A stretch of 64,000 bases of DNA from positions 1,856,001-1,920,000 of the forward strand of contig OY968762.1 in assembly GCA_963695225.1 (NCBI GenBank), read 5' to 3'. Source of the DNA: Vulcanimicrobiota bacterium. GTDB lineage: Bacteria > Vulcanimicrobiota > Vulcanimicrobiia > Vulcanimicrobiales > Vulcanimicrobiaceae. The notes beneath the pieces are model-generated. The model did not search any database. It was given only the letters and a program-made list of their open reading frames with translations, and was not told where the DNA came from. Of the stretch, positions 48,001 through 56,358 are shown piece after piece. Position 1 is the stretch's first letter. Each line of letters begins with the position of its first letter. The position numbers and the translations under genes are program-made.

Positions 48001-49067
48001 CCCGCCATCAGGCGGGGGACGGAGGCGACCGTCCCGATGCCGCCGGGATTCGTCAACGTGAACGTCGCGCCCGAGAGTTCGTCGGCGACGAGCTTGCCGT
48101 CGCGGGCTTTCACGACGAGGTCTTCGTAGGCGGCGCGGAACTGCATGAAGTCGAGCGCGTCGGCGCGCTTGATCACGGGGACCACGAGGAATCGCGTGCC
48201 GTCCTTGCGCTGCGCGTCGACCGCGAGCCCGAGGTTGATCCCGCTTTCGACGCGGTTCGGGGTCCCGTTCTCGCGCCTGAACGAGGCGGCGATGCCGGGG
48301 AGTTCGCGCGCGGCCCGGACGAGCGCGTACGCGATCAGATGCGTGAACGAAACCTTCTCGCTCCGGCCGACCGCTTTGAGCGCCGCATTCAGCTGAGCCC
48401 GGCGGGCGTCCAGCATCCCTACGCCGAGCGTGCGGAAGCTCGTCGCCGTCGGGATCGTCAGGCTCTGCTCCATGTACGAAGCGAGCGTCGCGGTCGGCCC
48501 CTTGAGCGGGGTGACGGTCGCCTCGGCGGGGAGCGGAGGGAGCGGCAAGGCCACGCCGCCGCCTGCGCCGTTGGTGCGCTTCGCGTTCGGCGACGCCGCC
48601 GCCGCGAGCACGTCGGCGACGACGATCAAGCCGCCGGGGCCGCTCCCGCGAATCGCGCGGAGATCGAGATGCTCGCGCTCGGCGAAGCGACGTGCGCGGT
48701 GCGAAGCGAGCCCGGGGCCGCCGTTCGCCGGAGGCACTGCGGGAAAGGCGGTTTTCGAAGGCGGGGGAGGCACGCTGACGGCGGCCTTGACCGGCTCCGC
48801 GGGAGCTTCCGGCTTCGCAGCGCCGGCATCGATCTCGACGAGCGGCGCGCCGACCGCGACCGTCTGGCCTTCTTCGGCGAACAGCGCGGTGACCAGGCCG
48901 GAGGCCGGGGCGGGGACTTCGACGTCGACCTTATCGGTCGTGACGTCGACGAGCGTCTCGCCCTCTTCGATCCATTGGCCGGTCTTGACGCGCCACTCGA
49001 CGATCGAGCCTTCCGAGACGGACTCACCCATTTCGGGGAGCGTCACCTTGATCGTCGTCTCAGGCAC
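45081..49067 (-). CDS. sucA: Fused 2-oxoglutarate dehydrogenase: lipoyl domain + E3-binding domain + E2 succinyltransferase + E1
   Basis: LPEMGESVSEG...TDKVDVEVPAP; GSGPGGLIVVADV; TYDHRVIQGAQSG; GMAHRGRL, GDVKYH, HGDAAF, WEAQFGDF, GPEHSSARIERFLQ. Confidence 0.93.
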   Translation of the reverse strand: MPETTIKVTLPEMGESVSEGSIVEWRVKTGQWIEEGETLVDVTTDKVDVEVPAPASGLVTALFAEEGQTVAVGAPLVEIDAGAAKPEAPAEPVKAAVSVPPPPSKTAFPAVPPANGGPGLASHRARRFAEREHLDLRAIRGSGPGGLIVVADVLAAAASPNAKRTNGAGGGVALPLPPLPAEATVTPLKGPTATLASYMEQSLTIPTATSFRTLGVGMLDARRAQLNAALKAVGRSEKVSFTHLIAYALVRAARELPGIAASFRRENGTPNRVESGINLGLAVDAQRKDGTRFLVVPVIKRADALDFMQFRAAYEDLVVKARDGKLVADELSGATFTLTNPGGIGTVASVPRLMAGQGAIIAAGAIGYPPGFTHANEAALKDLGVEKVMTLTSTYDHRVIQGAQSGEYLRRVEQLLGGDAQFYDAVFASFGVVVPPLERKAARSREDAFASGEVAGTVSTELLRAIAAGMAMVSAFRRHGHLAAMLDPLGSKPSGDPSLEVSTYGLTPALQEAVPADVLRVRVPGSTLADVLPHLRATYASTIAYEIQHISSTEQRQWLHDYIESGRHREPLTAAREIQVLGRLTKVETMERYFRKQFMSQKTFSIEGLDVMVPMLEELISLFAEQGTRTAVIGMAHRGRLSTIAHVVNRPYEELLAEFEAGALRRPVDDSGAADVTGDVKYHHGSDGIYLTPDGRAIAVKLANNPSHLEAVGGVVEGITRCLQSDHSESPVRVDSRVAAPILIHGDAAFAAQGVIAEVFNLQALAGYATGGTVHIIADNQVGFTTDPVEGRSTRYASDLAKGFDAPIIHVNADDVDASIAAVHLAFDFRERFERDVVIDLIGYRRFGHNEQDEPAYTQPSMVEAIKAHPTVRELFAAKLVAQGTLSQEQVTEMQEAATGRITEAHRNVKSGAVRRWIDQVTLSAKSEPVPRTGVDRERLLAWADALVAVPRGFQINKKLAGQFERRSNALRSEGEIDWGLAEGLAFASLLVEGTPVRLTGQDTERGTFSHRHAALHDAKTGVKYVPLQHLPGAKAAFELHNSPLSEYACLGFEYGYSAVLPEALVLWEAQFGDFNNGAQIIIDQFIAAGMAKWGQTSRLTMLLPHGYEGAGPEHSSARIERFLQLSAEGNIRIANCSTASQYFHLLRAQAHLHQAFPLVVLTPKSLLRKRSAYGKLEDLVDLPFREVIDDPRAQGRKEDIRRLLLCSGKIYHDLTASEDKAIAERFEALETTAILRVELLSPFPRQHVLDLIASYPNAERVIWVQEEPKNMGARAHVRRRLVEELPGRFRDLEYIGRPYRASPSEGYPGAHVVEQERILTEALTESV

Positions 49068-49195
49068 TAAGCCTCTCCCGAAAAAGCATAGCTTATCATC
49101 TTAATTCCACGCGCCTCGCCCGCCTGCCCAACGCACGTCTTCCGTCTTGCTCGATCGACCGTGCACCCCCGCATTCCGCGGCGCTCCACCTTCAC

Positions 49196-49276
49196 TCGTA
49201 GTGCGGCTACGATTATTGCAAACAATCCAAATGGACGCCATTTGAAATATTACGTATAATCGTAGTGTGGCTACGA
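49196..49276 (+). promoter_or_regulatory. abiE promoter with two palindromic operators
   Basis: TGGACG-17bp-TATAAT (49232-49260); TCGTAG-N5-CTACGA at 49196-49212 and 49260-49276. Confidence 0.7.
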
Positions 49277-50004
49277 CTAACCCGGGCAAACTAAATAGGC
49301 TCTACACCCGGCTCCCGGCCGGAACCCCTCTGACTTCGAAGGACTTGGCCGACCTCGGCATATCTGCGGACTTGGCTGTCCACTACGCACGTTCGGGCTG
49401 GCTGAATCGCCTCGCGCGTGGGGTTTACTGCCGCCCCGGCGACACCCTGGCGCTCTATCCTAGCCTGGCTTTGCTACAGCGGAAAATAGACGGGCTACAC
49501 GTCGGCGGCAAGTCAGCACTAGAATGGTATGGCGTGCGTCACTACGTTTCGCGGCAGAGCCTCTTGCACTTGTACGGCTGGGCGGCAGCCCGTTTACCGG
49601 ATTGGTTCGGCCGGCAATTCCACAGCGAGTACCACCGGAGGCGGCTGTTCGATGAACAGCCGCGCGAACCGCTAAACGTCGGGCGCTTCGAAAGCCAAGA
49701 AGGCGCGCCGCTGGTTTCGGAACCCGAACGCGCCATACTGGAACTTCTCAGCGAAGTCGGCGTTCGGCAACCCTTGCAGGAAGCTCGCGAAATCATGGAG
49801 GGCACGTACACCGTGCGCGCCGACGTGCTCAACCGACTGTTGATGCACTGCACGAGCATAAAGACCGTGCGCCTATGTCTGCAACTCGGACGTGAACTAA
49901 ACCTGAACTGGGTCTCGAAACTCGACGCCAAGAACCTGCCTACCGGCAGCGATCGGCCGTGGGTATCGAAGTCCAAACACGGCTTGCTCGTGCTGAAACC
50001 ATGA
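49267..50004 (+). CDS. abiEi: Type IV toxin-antitoxin antitoxin, AbiEi family
   Basis: N-terminal wHTH (GWLNRLARGVY), HVGGKSAL, SEPERAILELL, LLMHCTSIKTVRL. Confidence 0.85.
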   Translation: MATTNPGKLNRLYTRLPAGTPLTSKDLADLGISADLAVHYARSGWLNRLARGVYCRPGDTLALYPSLALLQRKIDGLHVGGKSALEWYGVRHYVSRQSLLHLYGWAAARLPDWFGRQFHSEYHRRRLFDEQPREPLNVGRFESQEGAPLVSEPERAILELLSEVGVRQPLQEAREIMEGTYTVRADVLNRLLMHCTSIKTVRLCLQLGRELNLNWVSKLDAKNLPTGSDRPWVSKSKHGLLVLKP

Positions 50005-50923
50005 ATCAGGTCTATCTAGATACCGCGCGCCTGCTAACACAGGTGGCGCCGCTGGCGTTTGCCGACGGCGTCTTCGCATTGAAGGGCGAAACGGCCATCA
50101 ATCTGTTCTACCGTGACATGCCGCGCCTGTCAGTCGATTTGGATCTCGTCTTCATCGATCATCGCCCTCCTCGCCGCGAAGCTCTCTCGTGCATCAACGC
50201 AGCGATGCGAAAAGCGCGCGGCCGCCTCGAGGCAAGAGGGTTTGCGGTGCACGCCACGGCGGCCGCCGACGTCGGCGAAACAACGCTGCTCGTTCGGCGC
50301 GGCGCCATCGTCGTCAAGATCGAAGTTAACATCGTGATGCGGGGCACCGTCCATCCAGTGCACGTCGCCTCGCTCACGTCTACGGCGAGGGAAGCCCTGC
50401 TTGCCGACCTTGAGCTACCGATCCTATCACTGGAAGATGTATACGGCGGCAACTCGTCGCAGCGATGGACCGGCAGCATCCCCGCGACCTCTTCGACGTA
50501 TCGCAACTCTTCGCGAACGAAGGCATCACACCCGGAATCCGCCGCAGCTTTGTAGTCTATCTCGCCAGCCATGACCGTCCCATCCATGAGGTTCTGTTTC
50601 CCGCAGAAAGAGACATCACTCAGGGCTATGAGCGATCGTTCCGAGGAATGACCGCCGAACCGGTCGAGCTAGCAGAACTGCTATCGACCCGCGAGCGATT
50701 GATCGCAGAGCTTCAAGAATATCTGAGCCCGCCGGAACGACGGTTTCTACTCTCGTTAGCCAACGCCAAACCGGATTGGTCCCTGCTCGAGATAGAGCAT
50801 CTGGAAGAGTTGCCCGCTATTCGCTGGAAGCTTCAGAATCTCGAGCAACTGGCAAGGGTGAATCCGGCCAAGCTGCGCTATCAAGCGGATGAATTGGCGC
50901 GGCGACTCAGATTGCCGCTGTGA
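50001..50923 (+). pseudogene. abiEii: AbiEii/AbiGii nucleotidyltransferase toxin, frameshifted
   Basis: ALKG(E)TAINLF...PRLSVDLDL in one frame, (K)LVAAMDRQHPRDLFD in another; 1-nt deletion at about 50451-50452. Confidence 0.85.
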
Positions 50924-51087
50924 TGCGGGCTGCTTCTCCCTCGCCGGCTGCTCCCAAGCGATCGCATCGGGCTCCACCCAGTCCGGCTGCCAATACTCCG
51001 CGTCAAGATGGACGACCGGAAGATTCAGCGCTGCCCAAGGCGCCTACGCGGACGCGCACCGCAGGGCCTCGTGCATGAATGCGCTTC

Positions 51088-52068
51088 TCACAAGTCCATA
51101 GTGCACGGGTCAGTCGGATGAGGCAACGCGGAGGGCGCAACCAGAAGCAGAACGACGATCGCGCCGGCCACGGCCAGAGCGGCCCCTCGTCTGCTCTTCT
51201 CAAATGGCCGGGTGAAGCCGCCTGTCACGAACGTTGCCGCTGCGACTAGGGCCACGACCGGAAATCCGAAAATCAGGAACAGGATGATGTTGCCGAGCCC
51301 GGACCCAACGGCCCTTACGGGTCCGCACATAGCGAACGCCGACCCGAAACTAAGGCAGCATGCGAAAACAAACAGAGTGATGACGGTCAGGAAAGCCTGA
51401 GGGAACGAGAACGTTTCCAGGCTTACCCGATGACGCATGACCGCCGTTGCAAAGACGATCAGGATCGCGACCGACGCGGCGATAAGGGCGAGGACCGGGA
51501 CCGGCAGCGGGGCGATAATGGCAAGGACCGGGACTGAAGAGAAGTCGTACGGCAAGCCCGAGCTGTCACGATAGCCGGTTCGCTCGCTCCCGGCGAGCCT
51601 GCTCACGACGCCGTTCGGCGCGATCTTTATGACGCCGCTTGCACCTGCGGCGTAGACGCTTCCGTCCCGCGCTGCCGCCACGCCGGATTCCCACAGATTC
51701 CCGGCGATGGTCGTCACGGTGCCGCTTGGCGCGATCCTGCGAATCCGGTTGTTGCCTTGATCCGCGACAAGGAGGCCGCCGCTCGAATCAAGCGCCACCT
51801 TGACGGGCCGATTGAATCGCGCTCGCGTACCGGCACCGTCCTGGTAGCCTTGAAGTTGGGGGCCGCCGCCGGCAACCGTCAGCACGACGCCGCTCGGCGT
51901 TATCTTTCGAATCGCACCGTTGCCGGAATCGGCGACATAGATGCTCCCGCTTGGATCGACAGCCACTCCCGCCGGGCCCGCAAAGAGCACGGTGGCCGCA
52001 GCACCGTCTCGAAAACCCCGGCCAGTCTCGTTTCCCCCAGCCACCGTTGTTACAACCCCGTCGTTCCG
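51088..52068 (-). pseudogene. 5'-truncated NHL-repeat beta-propeller fragment fused to a multi-TM tail
   Basis: GPAGVAVDPSGSIYVADSGNGAIRKI, FNRPVKVALD...ADQGNNRIRRI; repeat continues upstream (RNDGVVTTVAG) to a stop with no proper start. Confidence 0.6.
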
Positions 52069-52243
52069 GCTCTGGCTTCAATGAGTGAATTCCTCGGTCG
52101 CAAGTGCAGCGGCTCCGCGAAGACGCCGAGTGAGCACTAGGCTTCACGAGGGCTTCCTTCGCGTGTTGACATCTCACGCCACCCAGAGCATCCCGACGAA
52201 CAACGGCGGCACCGTCCAAATCGGCTTAACCGGATTTCTCCGC

Positions 52244-52351
52244 TTAGAAGGCGGGCTTGAGGATCATGATGAGGATCAACATGCCTATCGGAACGAGTAC
52301 GAGGATCAGAGCAATTGCGCCAATGAACTTCGGGATGTCTCTGGGAAGCAA
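52244..52351 (-). CDS. 35-aa single-TM small protein
   Basis: AAGGAGG-7nt-TTG; MLPRDIPKFIGAIALILVLVPIGMLILIMILKPAF*. Confidence 0.55.
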   Translation of the reverse strand: MLPRDIPKFIGAIALILVLVPIGMLILIMILKPAF

Positions 52352-53176
52352 TTACTGGCCTCCTTGTCTGTCACGGCTTTGTCCTTACCTGGGATTCCCC
52401 ATATGGGCATCCTGTTAGAGCAAGCGCAGCGTGATTCCGGCCGGGGCTAACGCACGTCGGCGAATGGGGGACAGCCGATTTTGTCCTGATGGAAGCACCC
52501 AGGGGCCCCGCTCTCCGTTGCAGGCGGGCTTCTTGGGACTTTGTTGCTTATTGAACGGATTCGACGAGGCTATCCATAAGCTTCGGGCGGAACGTCGGCT
52601 CGATGCCGTAGCCCTCATCTGTCAGCGGCGTGGCGCGGCGCGAGCGGTCTCAGACGAGCGGTCTGGGCGCTCCGAACTACCTAGGAAGTCGTCGCATTCT
52701 GTGTTCGCGCTGCTCCCGCGTCAGCAATCGCGAGCGGGTTCCCGAAAAGTACTTCAGCATCAGAGTCCATACTGCATGAACGGATTTGGTTCTGTAGTCT
52801 GCTGAGTCACCGGGTTGTTGCGCAGGCGGCGTTATTGTCGCCGGCATTGGCCAACTGGTTGCGACTTGCACGCAGTCACCCGGATCTCGCCGGAGGACAC
52901 CTTCCCGCGAAGATCCGGGGCAAGAAGTCGCTCGCATGGATTCCAAGCATGACCGGGATGCGTTTACACGCACGAACCGGGGCTGAGCCTCGTCCTGCCC
53001 GCGCCCATGACTGAAGCCGATCCTCGCCGATCGTATCCTCACGCCGAGCCGAGCGTGTGGTTCAGGCTCGATGGGACTGGACGATCTCTTCGCAAGGCCT
53101 CGCCTACGCAAGCCCTCGGGACCGGAAATTACAAAAACTCGCAGTTTTTGCAATTGAACACATACGTCATACGTCA

Positions 53177-53260
53177 TGCCCAGGAAGGGACTCGAACCCC
53201 CACCCCCTTGCGAGGACTGGTACCTGAAACCAGCGCGTCTACCAATTCCGCCACCAGGGC
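53177..53260 (-). tRNA. tRNA-Leu (anticodon CAG), CCA not encoded
   Basis: GCCCTGG/CTGGGC-A acceptor, TGGCGGAATTGGTAGACGC D arm, CTGGT-TTCAGGT-ACCAG anticodon arm, long variable arm, GGTTCGAGTCC T arm. Confidence 0.96.
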
Positions 53261-53347
53261 AAGACTCGAGCCGTTTCGCTCCCGGCCTGCACGACGCCTC
53301 GTGACTCTGCAACCACCGGTTCTCCCCGCGCGGTTGGAGGGACACCC

Positions 53348-54304
53348 ATGCTCACCGCGATCTCCGACGACGCCGAACTCCTTGATGCCTACTCGCGGGC
53401 CGTCACGGCCGCGGTCGAACGGGCCTCACCTTCGGTCGTCAAGCTCGACGTTTCGCGCGGCTCGCACGGCGGAAGCGGCTCCGGCTTCGTCTTGACGCCG
53501 GACGGGTTCATCGTGACGAACAGCCACGTCGTGCACGGAGCGCGCGAGGTCGGGGTGCGCTTGCTCGACGGACGGATGCTCGAGGCGACGCTCGTCGGAG
53601 ACGATCCCGATAGCGATCTCGCGGTCGTGCGGGTCTCGGCGAGCGACCTGCCGAGCGTCGAACTCGGCGACTCGTCGGCGATCAGGCCCGGGCAACTCGC
53701 AATCGCGCTCGGCAACCCTTACGGGCTGCAAACGACCGTGACGGCCGGTGTCGTCAGCGCGCTCGGGCGAACGCTGCGCTCGCAGTCGGGGCGCCTGATC
53801 GACAACGTCATCCAGACCGACGCGGCGCTGAATCCGGGGAATTCCGGCGGCCCGCTCGTCGGCTCGCGCGGCGAGGTGATCGGCGTGAACGCCGCCGTGT
53901 TCTCGCATGCGCAGGGCATCTGCTTCGCGATCGCCGTCAACACGGCCAAACACGTCGTCGCCGCGTTGATGCGGGACGGGAAGGTCCGCCGCGGGTATCT
54001 CGGCCTCGCCGGGCAAGACGTCGAGATTCCTCGCCGTCTCGTGCGCGAATTCGCGCTCGCCGCCGGGCGCGGCGTCCTGGTCCTCTCCGTCGAGCGCTCG
54101 AGCCCCGCGGCCGCGGCCGGCCTCGACGAAGGCGACATCCTCGTCGCCTTCGCGGGACGCACGATCGATTCGCTCGACGAACTCCACCGCATCCTCACGG
54201 ACCATCCGATCGGGAAGGCCGGCGAAGTGACGGTCCTGCGCCGCTACCGGCCGCTCGGCCTCACGCTCGTTCCGGCGGAAGCGCCGCCGCGCGTCCTCAA
54301 TTGA
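53348..54304 (+). CDS. HtrA/DegP-like serine protease (trypsin + PDZ)
   Basis: GSGSGF, TNSHVV, DLAV, QTDAALNPGNSGGPL, SPAAAAGL. Confidence 0.93.
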   Translation: MLTAISDDAELLDAYSRAVTAAVERASPSVVKLDVSRGSHGGSGSGFVLTPDGFIVTNSHVVHGAREVGVRLLDGRMLEATLVGDDPDSDLAVVRVSASDLPSVELGDSSAIRPGQLAIALGNPYGLQTTVTAGVVSALGRTLRSQSGRLIDNVIQTDAALNPGNSGGPLVGSRGEVIGVNAAVFSHAQGICFAIAVNTAKHVVAALMRDGKVRRGYLGLAGQDVEIPRRLVREFALAAGRGVLVLSVERSSPAAAAGLDEGDILVAFAGRTIDSLDELHRILTDHPIGKAGEVTVLRRYRPLGLTLVPAEAPPRVLN

Positions 54305-54361
54305 GATCGCACGGCGGCCGATGACCGGAAGTAACCACGCTCGCAAGGAGTCCCCAACACC

Positions 54362-55285
54362 GTGAACGTTTTGCTCATCGGCGCGACCGGCTACATCGGC
54401 ACGGGCATCGACGAGGCGCTGCGCGCTCGAGGCCACCACACGATCGGCGTCGCCCGGAGCGAGGATGCGAAGGCGAGGCTCGCCGCACGCGGCACCACGA
54501 GCGTCGAGGCCGACCTCGAGAACCCGCACTCGATCGTGGCCGCCAGCCGCAACGCGGACGCGGTGATCTGGGCGGCGCAGGTGACGGACGACGAAACGTT
54601 CCGCGTGGAATCGAACGCGCTACGCGCGCTCGCCGCGGCGCTCGAGCGGACCGGCAAGACGTTCGTCTACTGCAGCGGTTGCTGGGTCTACGGCGACACC
54701 GGGAACGCCGTCGCCGACGAAACGTTCCCGTTGAATCCGGCCGAACTCGTCGCCCGGCGCCCGCAACTCGAGCAGATCGTGCTCGACACCGCGGCGCACG
54801 GCGTCCGCGCGATCGTCGTTCGCCCCGGTCTCGTCTACGGACGCGGCGCGGGCGTCCCGGCGATGCTCGTCGAGTCGGCGCGCGAACGGAAGGCGGCGAC
54901 GATCGTGGGCGACGGCACGAACCACTGGCCGGTCGTCGAAGTCGGGGACCTCGGCGACCTCTTCGCGCTCGCCGCCGAGAAGGCGGCGCCCGGGAGCATC
55001 TACAACGGGACCGACGACACGGCGTTCACGGTCCGTGAAATCGCCGAGGCGGCGAGCCGCGGAGCCGGCGCCGGCGGCACGACGACCCTGATGCCGCGCG
55101 AAACGGCGATCGGCGTCCTGGGCGAGTTCGGCGACGCGCTGATGCTCGACCAGCGCCTCACCTCGCAGAAGGCGCGCAAGGAACTCGGCTGGGCGCCGAA
55201 AGCGGCCTCGATCCTCGAGGATATCGAACGCGGTTCCTATACGGCGGCGAACGTCGCCTCCGAGGTCCTCACGGGCGAAGACTGA
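54362..55285 (+). CDS. NAD-dependent epimerase/dehydratase family protein
   Basis: IGATGYIG, SGCWVYGDT, VRPGLVYG. Confidence 0.88.
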   Translation: MNVLLIGATGYIGTGIDEALRARGHHTIGVARSEDAKARLAARGTTSVEADLENPHSIVAASRNADAVIWAAQVTDDETFRVESNALRALAAALERTGKTFVYCSGCWVYGDTGNAVADETFPLNPAELVARRPQLEQIVLDTAAHGVRAIVVRPGLVYGRGAGVPAMLVESARERKAATIVGDGTNHWPVVEVGDLGDLFALAAEKAAPGSIYNGTDDTAFTVREIAEAASRGAGAGGTTTLMPRETAIGVLGEFGDALMLDQRLTSQKARKELGWAPKAASILEDIERGSYTAANVASEVLTGED

Positions 55286-55293
55286 CGCCCGCT

Positions 55294-56277
55294 TCAGCCG
55301 ATCCGGACGACGACGCGCCCCTTCGTCCTCCCCGCCGTGATCTCGTCGCTGAGCTGCTGAACCTCGCCCAGCGGCGCAACGCGGATGATCTTCTCGAGGA
55401 GATCTTTCGGGAGAGCGCCGCGCAGCCGCTTCCAGATGACTTCGCGGCGTGCCCTTGGGAGTTGCACGCTCTCGATGCCGACCAGCTGCACCGCGCGCAA
55501 GATGAACGGGAAGACCGTCGCCTTGAACTCGGCGCCGCCCGTCAAACCGACGGAGGCGACCGTCGCACCGTAGCGCATCGAGGGCAAGAGCCCGGCGAGC
55601 GTGTCGCCGCCGACGTTGTCGATCGCCCCGCCCCACTTCTCCGCTTCGAGAGGCCGCTTCGGGGAAGAAAGCTCGCTGCGTTCGATCACTTCGCTCGCGC
55701 CGATCTCCTTGAGGTACTCCGCGAGTTCCGGACGCCCGGTCGAAGCGACGACCCGATACCCGAGCTTCCCGAGAATTGCGACCGCGAGACTCCCGACGCC
55801 GCCGGCCGCGCCGGTCACGACGATCGGATGCTCCTCTTTCGCGCCGCGCTCTTCGAGCGTGAGGACGCACTGCATCGCCGTGACGCCGGCGACGCCGATC
55901 CCCATCGCCTCTTGCGCCGTGAAACCTTCGGGATGCGCTTCGAGCCATTCCGGCTTGACCCGCGCGAACTTCGAATACCCGCCCCAGAAGCGTTCGCCGA
56001 CGCCCCAGCCGCCGAGGACGACCCGGTCCCCGGGTTTCCAGGCGGGAGAGCGCGACTCGATCACCGTGCCGGCGAATTCGATCCCGGGGACGAGCGGGAA
56101 CTTGCGGACGATGCTGACGGAGCCTTGCACGGCGAGCCCGTCCTTATAGTTGAGGCCCGAATATTCGATCTCGACGAGGACGTCTTCGTCGGGCAACTCG
56201 GCGTGCGAGACGCGCCGGATGACGGTCCTGATCCCGGACTCGTCCTTCTCGACGACGATCGCTTCAAAGTCGGACAC
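55294..56277 (-). CDS. Acryloyl-CoA reductase AcuI/YhdH-like MDR oxidoreductase
   Basis: YSGLNYKDGLA, VTGAAGGVGS, STGRPE, TVFPFILRAV, GRVVV. Confidence 0.88.
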   Translation of the reverse strand: MSDFEAIVVEKDESGIRTVIRRVSHAELPDEDVLVEIEYSGLNYKDGLAVQGSVSIVRKFPLVPGIEFAGTVIESRSPAWKPGDRVVLGGWGVGERFWGGYSKFARVKPEWLEAHPEGFTAQEAMGIGVAGVTAMQCVLTLEERGAKEEHPIVVTGAAGGVGSLAVAILGKLGYRVVASTGRPELAEYLKEIGASEVIERSELSSPKRPLEAEKWGGAIDNVGGDTLAGLLPSMRYGATVASVGLTGGAEFKATVFPFILRAVQLVGIESVQLPRARREVIWKRLRGALPKDLLEKIIRVAPLGEVQQLSDEITAGRTKGRVVVRIG

Positions 56278-56358
56278 GCGGTACTCCTCACGTAGTTCTT
56301 CCGCGCACGTTGCGACGCAGGCTCGACGAATTCGGCGAACCCGCGTCGATACCGCTCG

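Noticed and set aside
45120..49070. Very long antisense/alternative-frame ORFs (also 21185-23470, 24817-27294, 32204-34831, 40836-43712)
   Set aside because: They are shadow ORFs from high-GC codon bias opposite or overlapping well-supported genes; Arg/Ala-rich with no recognisable motifs.
49100..49140. att repeat of the tRNA-Leu 3' end at the far side of the island
   Set aside because: Only a 6-bp match (tgccca), expected by chance.
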